Assembly: GCA_046563655.1 (NCBI GenBank)
Contig: CM102286.1
Location: 12,462,001-12,526,000, forward strand
Length of the DNA stretch: 64,000 nt
Direction of reading: 5' to 3'
Origin: Yuukianura sp. NJ FZ-2021
Taxonomy: Eukaryota
The translations under genes and the position numbers were made by a program. Below the pieces are notes generated by a model that saw only the letters and a program-made list of their open reading frames with translations, did no database searches and was not told where the DNA came from. This document shows positions 52,271-64,000 of this stretch, piece by piece; position 1 is the stretch's first letter; each line of letters opens with the position of its first letter.

Positions 52271-55200
52271 CAAAGTTCCATATCTGTGACCCCGCTACCC
52301 GCATTCAGCTGGGATTGGCTGTTACAAAAACAAAGTCAGTTCTAATTGACAGTTAAGATTTTCTAGTTACAAGACCACTGAACTAATCAAGAAAAGATGA
52401 GTGATGAGACTTTACCTTTCATCCAAGCCGATCATCTCTCGGTCTTTTTCTCCTTGAACGATTTGGAGCAAGGCTGTAGCATCTCTTTGAACCTCCGGTT
52501 TGTGTTCCAGGAGATGCTCGATTTCAGATTGAAAAGAATCTAGAATTGCTGGGTAATTAAGAGCCACGGCCTTCAGCATCATTATAAACGGCTGTGCACG
52601 TCCTTTCTCCGTAATGAAGAATCTTCTTGCATGCTGCACTATTCTGGAAAAGTGTCCCACGTCTAGATCACGACAGACCCTACAACAAAATAAGAATATA
52701 GGATAGATGATTTGAACAGTTATGTATTGAATTAACTCACTTTAGTATTAATCCAAGCCCCTCAGCTGCCCATTCATAGTACTGCATTGAAGAACTCGCC
52801 AGAAACTGACCAACAGTTCCAATAAAAGTTCTGAGATCCATTTCGTCACAGGGAAGGATCCCTGCCTTCAGAACTGCAATCACCACCAACAGTCCTAAAG
52901 TCTTGTCTTCCAGCTCGAACAAGTTCAAAATGACTTCGTGAGACTTTGCAGAAAACTTCGGTTTTATCCACGCCGATACCACTTGCCTGCAAGAAGTCAA
53001 AATAACTCACTTCAAATATGCCAGTTCAAGTAAGCAAACAAACGAATCAAACGTTTGGGAAACGTCGACACCCTTACGTCAAAAGTTCCAAATTCAGTTG
53101 CTGGACTTCCTTCTTTCGATAGAGTACTTTGCGCGAGCAGTAATTGAAAAGCTCTTCAGTTGGTGACAGTTCAGTTGAAGATGTCGCTGTAGGCGTTGGT
53201 GTGATATTCCAGTCCAGAAGCATCTGAATCTACAACAGTACACAATTACAAATACGATCCAAATTACTAAAAAGTTGTCACTTAAATTGTAATTTATGAG
53301 TCAGTTTCCTTACTAATTCTCGTTCAAATGAATTCAGACTTGTAGAATTTTCTGTAGGATGATTTTGAATACTTCCGGAAGTGATGACAAGAATGATTGA
53401 TTTCATGAACTCATCTCCGTATGGTTTGAAAGTATCTTGGCTATTGACAACCAGTGCACACAGAAACAGTTTCACATTGACAGGAACATTTTGAGTAGTA
53501 AACTTGTTCAGAAGTGCTTTCATCCACAAAGGCATCGTAGTTGTGCTCTTGACCTGTGAACGAACATTGAAACTCAAGGTGAAACCTGTGTTTTATTAAA
53601 TAGTAATAATGTATATTATGAAAAATAATTATTTTATTACCTCCAAAGATTTCAAGTAGCACACCAATTGGGTAATCCTCTCCAAACTAATATGACTTTG
53701 CAACAGGAAATACCCTCCTTTCTTTGTCGGAGGTAACAATACACCACCATGCTCTTGTGAATGTGAATTAGAACGAGAATATCCTCCAGTAAAATCGAAT
53801 CTGCCAGCATCAGTAGAAACTCGTCGTGTTGCTTCAAACCTTGACCTGACACAAATTCAAAAAATTAGTCAGATTTTGTTAAGCTAAAGAACAACAATAT
53901 TGCACTCACCTTTTGAAACGCTGATTTGTGTTTAAACTGTCGGCTCCATCTTGACTCGAATGTTCCAGTTCTAACTCCGAAGTAGCCTCTTTGGTGATAG
54001 GAAAAAAAAGCTCCATCTCAGCGTCCACAATTTTCTCCCACACTCGATTACCCTCGTAGTCTTCCAGTAGTAAACCTTGGATTAAATTCTCAGGATACTT
54101 CGAAGTGACTAAAGTTGTGGCAACGGCGTTAAATGCGGCTGCATTGAAGTCATACTGTATTTTCCTTGTTCTTTTGTTGGTGGAATCCGCGATGAACGGA
54201 TTGGCCTTTATGTTCTTCCAAATCTCAACGATTACTCTGACGACTTCGGCCGGTTTTGTTGGTGGTACTGGTAGGTGACGAACATATTTTTCATGTAAAG
54301 TGACACGCAGAAAATCACGGTGACTGGATAACGCTATGACTTCGTAAATGCACAGAGCCGTCGTTTTCGACAGAAAATCGTTTTCTGTGTTTCCTTTCAC
54401 CGTCTAAAGTGTGAACGAAAATGAAACCTTTAGCGAAATACTTGGTTCCAGAGAAATACAAATCAAAAACTTACTGCAGCAGTTAGGATGCTGAATATAT
54501 TGTCTTTGGCAAATGTTTCCAGATACTTTTTCTGCAGGTTTGACAAGCACGGGTGTAAACAGAATTTGTACAGGAGAGAAGCCGGAGCTGGATTTCCGTT
54601 TTTTATCACTTTGTAGATAGATTGGCTCAATGAAAGACCAGCTTCTTGCGTACCAATTTCCTCTGAGTTCTGAACGAATCTTTCAAAAACTTCGCGCGTT
54701 TTCAGTAATCCAGCATAATGATGACACCCAGGAACACATTCATCCTTTAGTTCCGTGTGATATTGTTGGATGGACGTAGACAATGTGAAAAAGAATCTGG
54801 AGAAAGAAATTAGCAGTTCCATGCTGTCAGGGTAACCTCGACACAGGACTATCACTTCTTCCAAAATTTGCATCATAAGGAATGCTTCCGAATCCTGTTC
54901 CAGTAGCCTTTCGTTTATCACTTCAAGGTTCTCCCTAAACACAATTTCGAAAAAGCGGAAGTCCATAACTCGACTCATGAATTGGATAACCATGTTTACA
55001 AGTTAAATTGATCATGTTAACTTACCAAATCATTTTGCGTATTTCAGCGCTGGATGAAAGGCCAAAAAGTCGTAAAAACTCTACAAACATCATCTTCTCC
55101 TGAAGCTTTTTGCGTTTACTGTTCATCGTTTCTATCCACCACTTGCAAAGGTACTCGGAATTTGCTACCGACTCTTCGTGCAACAGAACCATGCCAGATA

Positions 55201-57495
55201 AAGTTCGGAGAACAAAATCCGACTCAAAGTTGGACTCAATCCGGTCCCACACAGAAATGATGGCGTTCACTAGACTTGGTGCGTACCTTAACACACAAAA
55301 ACTTATTTAGAGAAGAATTACTTATTATTTATAGCATTCTAGTTATATATTATTATATTTATTTTATAATTTGGCAAAAGTAAAACTCACCTCTCACAAA
55401 TCCTTTCGTTTTCGCTCAGTGATTGAATCAGTCTTGTAACTAAACTTCCAAGTTTTTCATCAGTTACACGCGAAAGAGTTTCTTTGAAATCCACCGGTTC
55501 ATCGGCAGTTAAATTCGGCAAAAGAGCTTCCGCTTCATCCGTTGAAAGTTCCTCTACGTAGCCTGGTCCACGTTCTGCCTTCTTTATTCTAAAATCAATT
55601 GGAGAAATAAAATGTAATAGAATTGATATAAAACATTGAATAAGCCGTAAACTTACTCCGTGATGCATTTCTCCAGTCTTGCAAACAGTTCCGGTTGCAG
55701 TTCATTCTTTAATTGTGGTTCAAATGGAATAGCTGTAGTGATGAGACGAATGCTGTCCACGGAAACTTCAGAAATTGGACTATCCGTTTCGTTGTTTTCA
55801 AAAATTCGGACAAGTTCGGCAACCAAGTGCTAAAAGGAAAAGGAAAAGTATCAAATAAAAGTAATTCAAGTAGAACTTAAGTTTCAGAAAGTTATAAATG
55901 CCTTCACTCTCATGGCATGGCTTACATTGACGACATTAGTTTTGAAAATGACACTGTCCGCATCAAGTTCTGTTTGCAGCAAGCAGTCACAAACTACTCG
56001 GAGGAACGACATTAGCGCTAACTTGGCACGGTCGTAATCTTCTCGGTAAGTAGATTTACACCAAGTTATTAAATCTTCAAACCACAGTTTATACTTTCGA
56101 AACAATGGCTGCTGGAAGAGGGGTCCATTGTGTTCGATCAACGTTAACACGCCTGTTTTTTTATAAATCCATTACTAAATACAAATCAAAGAACTAGGGA
56201 TGTTTGAAGTTATAAAAGTGGAAACATTACCTCGCTGAAATTCCCGACGCTTAACTTTCTTCGTAGATCTTCCGTCGGTATTGTCAAACGTGATGGAGAT
56301 TTTAGGATTTATGATTTTCTGGAACATTTCTTCCAAAAGCTCAACTTGGCCGTTATACTCTTTGCCATAGGCTCGTAAGAAGAAGTCCATGCCGCGGATT
56401 GATCCCTGGAGAATTGACGCTTCTAGTTGCTTTTGCGCAGAGTCTACCTGTACACAAAAAACAGCAATGCAATTAGAATATTAATCTCAAATGGAGCATG
56501 TATTCCAAGTGAATGACTTAATGATCTTACTTGATTTTTGATACATTTCATAAGGTACAGCATGAGTTGGTCTCGTGTGTCCTTGCGGAATACTTGATCC
56601 TTGAAAATGTAAGCAATTAATCCTAGGAGCTGGAGCATTTCCCCTCGCACGGAAGGCTGAAAAGCGGATTTCTCCGAAGACAAAAGTAAAGACCGATACA
56701 AATCTGATGCGTCAAAGTCAAAGGCAGAAATGAGTCCTCCGTAGTTTTCAATTAGCGTAACAAGGCACTGAGCCGCAGCGGTTTGCAGTCTCGCTGATTC
56801 ACGTGCACTTCTCCAAATGCAATTGATGGCGTCCTGAAAACAGATAGGGAACACTATTCTGTTGGACTTATACATGCCAGAAGTCTCAAGAGTTAAAAAA
56901 ATACCTTCAATTTTATACAATGCTTGACAACAAGTGAACTGTCGACAGCTTTATTCCCGAGTAAATTCTTGATACTTGACATCGCCACTTCCTTAGGTTC
57001 ATCAAAAGGCTTTTGCCCAATTCGACTCTTCAAAAACCTGACCACACCAACTTTGTCGTCAAAGATTAAGTCCAGTATTTGATCTGCAACAACAGAAACA
57101 ACTGTATTACGTAATGCCAATTCATTGATGTCCTGTTGAGCCAAGTAACACTTAGGATCCAATTTTCAGTGTACCTATATCCGCATAATTTGCTACGTTT
57201 GCCATCAATTCCTGTAGTTGCGTCAAGAAATGGAGCGCAACGTCTTTTTCCTGGCTTGCGTTAATGCTGAGAATGACATTCCGAAACTCCACGTGACCAT
57301 TCTTACCGCATGATGGACCGGCACCTACAAAATGAAAAGAAAAAATTTAGAATGTAAACAAGCATTACGTAATTATTATTGCCCTCTACCTCCCTCAGAC
57401 GAAAGTTCAGCAACTTGTGTTCTAGTTCCTCGGCCATCTTCGTTACCATTACCGTCGCCATTCTCCAGTTTGCGTTTAAAACTGGAAGAACTCAT
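52271..57495 (-). CDS. DNA-PKcs (PRKDC)-like HEAT-repeat protein, ~1,300 aa, internally shortened and lacking FAT/kinase domains
   Basis: About 17 in-frame exons from ATG 57495. Segments resemble remembered DNA-PKcs sequence: LIFDDKVGVVRFL, AKLALMSFLRVV, FNAAAFNAV, VWEKIVD...FFPI, RFDFTGG, MPLWMKALL...NVKLFLCALVVNSQDTFKPY, AAEGLGLILK. Best last exon 52318-52271 ends ...DMEL*. Confidence 0.75.
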
Positions 57496-57857
57496 CGCTC
57501 TTCATCAAAAAATCAGTCAATCTTCAGGTATTTACCTAGTATTTGTGGAACAATCAGACGCAACTGGTTGGTTACTGCTCGAGCGTCTACTTGCACTCGA
57601 GACTGGACAGTGGAGGGAGAAAAACAGCTGATCGTGATCCGTTACCGGTAAGCTTTGCAAAACAAAAGATCGCTTTCATTGTAAAGGACTCATTATGCCG
57701 TACAGTTTGATGTTGATTAATAATTAATAATTATTAATTAATCGGATTATTCATTTTGTTTTTACCAATTCGTAAAGTAATTCAGACACGAGAATTTTAT
57801 CGAAATCTTAATGCGCCTTTCAAAATCTCGTTGTTAAACCTTGTACAACGTTCCGAT

Positions 57858-58721
57858 GGGCATACCTACTCCTCGCCCATTGGGGCTTACACAAGAAGTG
57901 TGGAGGGTCTTAGGCAAGAAAGTTGCAAAACACCAAAAGTTTACCCACACTTAAATTTCGAAGTTAAATAACTGATACGCAATATTTATGTTAATTTTTT
58001 CATATTTTGCGCATTCCTTGTGCATCCCCTAAGCAAAAAGTAAATTTGGAAGAAAAAAAAATTGTTTCAAGTTTTGAACCTTGAAACAACTCTTTCCATT
58101 GTATTTCTTGAAACAAAAGAAGAGAAAAACTATTTTCAGTTTGGACTGTAGAAAAACTCTACTACTGGAAACAAAGGGGCCCTCTTCTAGTTTTTTTTCT
58201 ATATTGGGACGTTAGTTTTGCTGGTTTGTAAGTTTTTTCAAGATTTCGTTCCAGTTCTTCAGTGGGGGTCGTAACTTGTCAAACAATGACATTGTTTTGT
58301 CGAAAAATAATTTTCTAGAATGTCATTTGTCAGAAAAAAAGAAATCCATATTTTCTAGTTTTTATATTTTATTTTATTGAATAATAATTATATTTATATA
58401 AGGGCACGCTGCCCTCCGGAAAAGAACTGAACGAAATCTACTTACTTTAAAACCTTATAACTTCTTAAATTCTCAACCTGCCATTATTGGCAGGTGTATG
58501 TTTGTCTTTTATATTAAAATTCAAAAAATTTTAAATAAATATGAAAAACATATTTAGATTATTAATTTATATTACATCATTTATAATAACAAATAAACGT
58601 TATACAAATACTTAATTCTTCAATAGTACGCGTGTTTACTTTTTCGTGTTTTGCAACTTTCTTGCCTAAGACCCTCCACACTTCTTGTGTAAGCCCCAAT
58701 GGGCGAGGAGTGGGTATGCCG
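57858..58721. mobile_element. Non-autonomous DNA transposon/MITE, ~860 bp with ~80 bp TIRs
   Basis: 57859-~57940 (GGCATACCTACTCCTCGCCCATTGGGGCTTACACAAGAAG...) is the reverse complement of ~58638-58720 with 2-3 differences. AT (or GAT) flanks both ends. The interior is AT-rich and non-coding. Confidence 0.88.
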
Positions 58722-59107
58722 ATAGGGTACACCAATTCTGAAATTTCAGCATTTTAGTGGCTTAGTATGTTTGTGAGGCAAGCTGACACTTGACAGCATT
58801 AAGTCAAGTCGCGTATTAAGCGCGCCATTTACAGATTTCTCAAGGAATTCGAAAATTTTGAAACCATTCAAACGCATGTTTGCACTACACCCTGTTTCCG
58901 AAATCGTTACGCACATGGGCAGCATTTTAATAACCTAATTTTCCCTACTCTCTTCCTTTTAATAGTTTTAATGGCGTTGTTTAAAAGTGTATTATTTGTA
59001 AATACATAATTGTAATTTCTTCCATTACATCTTCAAAATTATCTTCATGGCTCATACTAAACAATTCACATTTCATTTCAAGTAATTTGCTCAGGAGAGG
59101 TTAAAAT

Positions 59108-59115
59108 TATCGATA
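59108..59115. promoter_or_regulatory. DRE element (TATCGATA) upstream of the SENP gene
   Basis: Exact palindromic DREF consensus in the divergent promoter region. Confidence 0.35.
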
Positions 59116-59832
59116 GGTTTTTGTTAGTTCTTGCCATTTTAAATTATTATAAAGATAGGATTATTGCATTATGCGTGCATTAATGAAGTCCTAAGTTCCT
59201 CAAATAAAACTCAAGAGTGAGTAACTTTAAAGGTGGTGGTTTAATTTTAGAATCAATTTCAATTAACTAATCTTGTACGATCAATCTGCCACTGCCACCG
59301 CGAGTAACAATTTAAGATTTAAGTATAGTAAAGCAAATCTAATTCGGGATGAAAATTTGAAGAAAATTTTTGTTGTTAACATAACTGTTTTTTGGTATTA
59401 ATTCTGATGCCCATGTCCGGTTTGAGATAGGTTTGGTGTGTAGTGCAGATTTGTTTGATTTTGCATCTTCTGTCTCCGAGTATTGAGTATGATCTTAAAT
59501 TTGGTTCAGTTTTTTTCAGAAAGGAGAATTATTTCTCTGTCTGAAAGATAACAACGGGCGCCGTGTGATTGAGAAGTACTTTTTGTTCAGTGATTCAGTG
59601 AATTCATCATTTTATAAGGCTTTTAATCGTGTAATTAACAAGCTAAGGTTAAACTGTTTTTGAAATTGTCGATTGAGGAATTGGAGTCGTGGTGAATTTG
59701 GCTGGGTAAATAGAGGAAGGTTCAGAAGTACTGTTTGCTAAAACTACTTGACATTTTGCTGGTGTGGTAAAGTACTGCTTGTACTACAGTATCTGTAAGT
59801 TTAAGTATCATGATCAAGGTCCTTCGACCACA

Positions 59833-62800
59833 ATGAAATCGAGTTATTACAACGACTCTCCAGTGTTCAGGTAGGCCGGTGACCTGCCACCGAATAACTT
59901 CATCCAATGCTCTCCTCTCCGTTGTCTTATCTGCTTGTGTTAGTTAATTTTTCATTCATACTGAAATTACCGGGGGTCTTTTTAAACTGTATTTTTTCAA
60001 ATATGTAATGATCAAACTCTCCGATTTTCCAACTGAATTTGTTGTCTTTCGGAATTTCAGTCAACCACAACAAGTTCAGCAGAAGCCGGGAGAAGTACCG
60101 AATACCGGACGTGCAGGGGCACGAAGAAAGACAAAAGTTTTTATCAGAGACATTGGATACCCTGTAGATCAACACGTATATCCCTTGACAACATTTTATC
60201 CGTTCCGTGATAAGCAACAAGCTGTCCTTTGGGACAGCATTCGCAATAAATCCCAGGACACGTCCGGCATCTTTTTTAGTAACATACCCGAACACAACGG
60301 AGAGTTGCCTAGCAATATTCCACCGGTGATCGCTGCAAAAAGTCTGGTACTAGTTCATCCAGTGGTGGAGTTGTTACACCCTCATCCAATAAAACTATAT
60401 GTACCAATACGTAAGTTCAGTAACTACTAGTAGGTATCAGTACAAGTTAATCAATACATTGGGCACTTAACTAATCCCTAACCTAAGTTTAAGTTAAGTT
60501 TGAGTCAATCTATCTAGTATTCCGAGGTTTTACGTATGTCCGCTTATGTGTTTACGTAAATACGTCAAATGTAATTCAACTTTCGTTTCTTTGTAACAAC
60601 TGGAATCATTTTTTTATTATTGCAGCTGGATCTAAAGTCTCATTTACTTTGGTATACGTGAGACGTAAAGTGGAAGATCCAGCGAATGTTGAAGTCAAAT
60701 TTCAAGCCAATGTAGCGAACGAGTACTTCGATGAATACTGCAATTTTGTTGCAAATCAACAATTGGTCAAGTATTCCCGCTTTAAAAGTGCTGCCTCCCA
60801 AGTTTCGCACCGTGAGGGAACGGTAAGGAACTCAGCTTCAAATTCTTTGCATACCATATAATCAGCGACAAGTCGCGGTCAGTTAATTTTTTAATCCATT
60901 TTAATTTTGTGACCGATATGCCATAGGATATTCCTCCAGCGGATCAACTAAACACAACGGAATTGGTACCATTCTCAAATAACGGGAATAGGCTTGTAAC
61001 ATATCCTACGTCCGTTGCCATTTCTCAACCGGATATCCACGGACCACATTTCGAGCAACAGTTAGTCGCACGAATGCAAAACGTTCAAGAATCTTATAGA
61101 ACCCAACCCTACAAACAACCACAACATTACCAAATTCAAAATCCTTTGCCGCGCCTTCCAGCTATCGCACATCCTCCTCCTATGATTCCGAAAATACCTC
61201 ATTCAACACCACTCCAATCTCAATCCCCTTCAAAGACAGCTTTCCAGAAGGGCAAAGTTGCTCTTTGCAACAACTGCGGCGTCTACAGCGACAACCTTCA
61301 AACTTGCTCGAGGTGCGGAAAATCTACAATGGGTTCGGCAATTTCAGAACATGAAGCCAAAACCAAAAGTCGTCCTAACTCAAAAAAGGTAATGACACAA
61401 CACTTTCCGAGCTTAAATAATGCGCTTCTTGTACTACTTTTGGTTTCGTGCTATTTTAATTCGATATCTTATGATTTCAGCGTAATCTAGAAGGCACAGA
61501 CGCTAGAAATGAAGTAGTCGATCTTTCGTCGGATGAAAACGAAGATTCTCAGGAAGCAATCAACCCTAGTGCTTTTACAGTCGAGTCCATGCATCTTCGG
61601 ACGTCTCTTCTTCGTTCAAGTGAGAATGGAAAAGATTCGGCTAATGAAAAAACAACACCAGAAAATGGTAAGTTTTAAGTTCAGGCATGCCCCCATTTGT
61701 CATATGCGACTAAAGTTTGTAGCTAGGCGAAATCTTTTAGAAGGTTCTAATCCATAAAATTTCATAATTTTGTAGTGATTGAAAAACTTCGTGACGTGGC
61801 AAACAAGAGTAGTGGCTCAGCAATGTTTGCGCTTGCCACTTGCAGCTACGCTCGGATTGGTACCTATGTCGTCTTCTCAACTGAAAGTTTGTGTATTCGT
61901 ATAACTATTGCGGAAGTTGGACTATACTTGCAACTGCCTGCTTATAAAACTGGTATGTCAATGCACAAGGTGCTAATTTTCCTGCAAGTATTGTGCCCCT
62001 TACGTTAACGACTACGGTTTGTAGTTTGCCAATTTGTGTATCATGTGATTAGGTCCCACTTACCGTCCCAGTTTACTTGGTACAGTAATGATGAAAATTT
62101 AACAGCTTGAGAATTTGTGCTTTCCAGGTGAAACTAAGGAAATTGGTATCCCAAACCATCAAATTTTGACACTCTATTCCTATACGAAGCGGAACAAGTT
62201 TTATGTGAAAATACAAACAGGCCCAAAGTTTGCGCGGTGGATTAGAGGCGCGTTAAAAATGGACGAAGATCAAAATGGTTTGTGTTACTTCTGTCCAATG
62301 CACGGAGGTAAGAAACGATTTGGCATGGAACAACAGATGGATATGCTTTTGAAATTACTGATGATGAGATTTGTTTGATTTGTGTTTTCAGATGAAACAC
62401 GGCATCAATTGATGATAATGTTTTCTGACTTTGATGCCTACAAATACGGTGTACTGCATCGTTTATATAAGGAGAAACATAAACCTCTCGGGGAGGTTCC
62501 GGAAGATGAAGGTGATACTGATTCCGAAACAGAGGGAGCTCTTGTGAGGGTGGAATGGAAAGGCCATGGTTTAGTTTCAACAGACACAGTTACCTCAAAA
62601 GGAATTGTTGCGGAAATTCCAAAAGCCGTGGGCTCTTCAGCAGAAGCCTTGACACAAAGAGCAAGAAGCGTTGTCGATTCTCCAATGGTTAAATTAAATA
62701 ATGACGCTGAAACGGCTGGGACTCCGCTTCCACGAGCAGTCCCTGTACGAATGAAATCTGAGCCAGTGGACCCCACACGGAAGTAAGAATACTTAGTTAG

Positions 62801-64000
62801 TGCTACTGTAGGCATGCTTTTTCTTCACAGTATTAGAAAACTTATGAAAACTCCATGTTCAAATTTCAGGTTGTTCCATTATCCGTTCGTTCCCGTGGAT
62901 TCCGACTCCAGTGTGTACACAGATCCTTCCATCACGTTGACATTTGGAGATATTAAGTGTCTGGGCGACACTGAATATCTAAATGATCAGGTCATTGATT
63001 TCTGGATGCGTCATCTCGTGGACCAACTTAGTCCGGAACAGAAGGAGAAAACATATGTCTTCAACACCTTCTTCTATAAAAGACTGACGACGAAACCAAA
63101 TAACAAGCGGAAGTCTCTCAACCACTTTGAATTTGATTCGAAGCTAACATTGGCTGAGAAGCGACATTGCCGGGTCAAAAACTGGACGAAGAAGGTGGAT
63201 ATATTTGAGAAGGATTTTCTCTTCATCCCAATCAATGAGAAGTAATTCACGAATACCTGGCATTATTTTTGTATTTCTTGCAATTAGTAATTGAAGCATG
63301 ATCAAAGCTGGACTTACTAATTGATCAATTTGTGTGTATTTTCCTCAGTGCTCATTGGTTTTTGGCTGTAATTTGCTTTCCTGGAATGGTTCCATTGAGT
63401 ACTGCAACTACAACTGGACGTTCGAAAGTGAAAACTCCTCAAAAGAAAACCCATCCGTCTACTCCTAGTTCAACTCCTGCCGGAGCCGGTATGTACTAAA
63501 TATTTTTAGTAATAGATGTTTGTAGAGTTATTAACACCCTTATAATAACAATTACTAACCAGTTTTTTTACTAATGTATCCAGATAAAAATGGTGATAAT
63601 ACTACCGGGAACGAAACCACAAATGATGACTCTGAGAAAGGTAATACACAAAACCCAGCTTCTCGCTGACTACTAAGTCCACTGCAATTTAGTAATTTTT
63701 AGTTGCGTTAACTTTCATTTGTGCAGATGAAGAAACAACGGAAACCAGTGAAACCCAAACCACTAATACCGAACCAGCCCCAACTCCAACGCCAAAGCGA
63801 GCTGCCAGCACCCTACATCTGCTCGACATCAAGAAACCGTGCATCATACTGTTTGATTCCTTGGGTGAACCTCACTACAACGTCTACAGTACGTTACGCG
63901 ATTACCTTCAAATTGAGCATAACGTAAGTTGCGTCTTGTTTCATTCGTGTCCGGCATTATTAAATAGTAACGTCGGTCGGCTGCGTGAAACTTTGTTGGT
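59833..64000 (+). CDS. Sentrin/SUMO-specific protease SENP6/7-like; runs beyond the right edge
   Basis: Probable ATG at 59833. SIM-like EVVDLSSDENED and a CxxC-x9-CxxC motif. C48 domain YLNDQVIDFW, FNTFFYKRLT, RHCRVKNWTKKVDIFEKDFLFIPINE, AHWFLAVICFPG and PCIILFDSL, split by the insertion typical of SENP6/7. Confidence 0.92.

Noticed and set aside
58476..58495. 8-bp hairpin ACCTGCCA-ttat-TGGCAGGT as a Helitron end
   Set aside because: No CTRR terminus at the expected distance on either strand, and it lies inside the MITE.

Overview
Gene-dense, AT-rich eukaryotic DNA with short (about 55-120 nt) GT-AG introns, almost certainly from an arthropod. Compact introns and the lack of flight-muscle tropomyosin exons fit a springtail-like hexapod, but that is inference. 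Gene order, left to right: stoned-A 5' part (-); an uncharacterised S/P-rich gene (-); a complex, alternatively spliced tropomyosin Tm1 (+) with a ~750 bp fold-back element in one intron; SAP18 (+); Vps34/PIK3C3 (-); a small membrane protein (+); an apparently intact PIF/Harbinger-ISL2EU-type DNA transposon (-) inserted about 20 bp after the stop codon of a TRPA-like ankyrin channel (-); an ACBP-like gene (+); NCBP1/CBP80 (+); Akt (-); GPN3 (-); RGP1 (+); a DNA-PKcs-like gene (-); a MITE; and a SENP6/7-like SUMO protease (+, runs off the window). The most unusual item is the DNA-PKcs-like gene. It splices in frame to only ~1,300 aa, keeps the N-terminal and part of the middle HEAT repeats, skips roughly 1,200 aa internally, and stops before the FAT and kinase domains. 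Also notable are complementary repeats at the two ends of a putative intron that could join the upstream gene to the stoned leader. Gene models were spliced by eye and homology calls rest on remembered family motifs; no database search was run.
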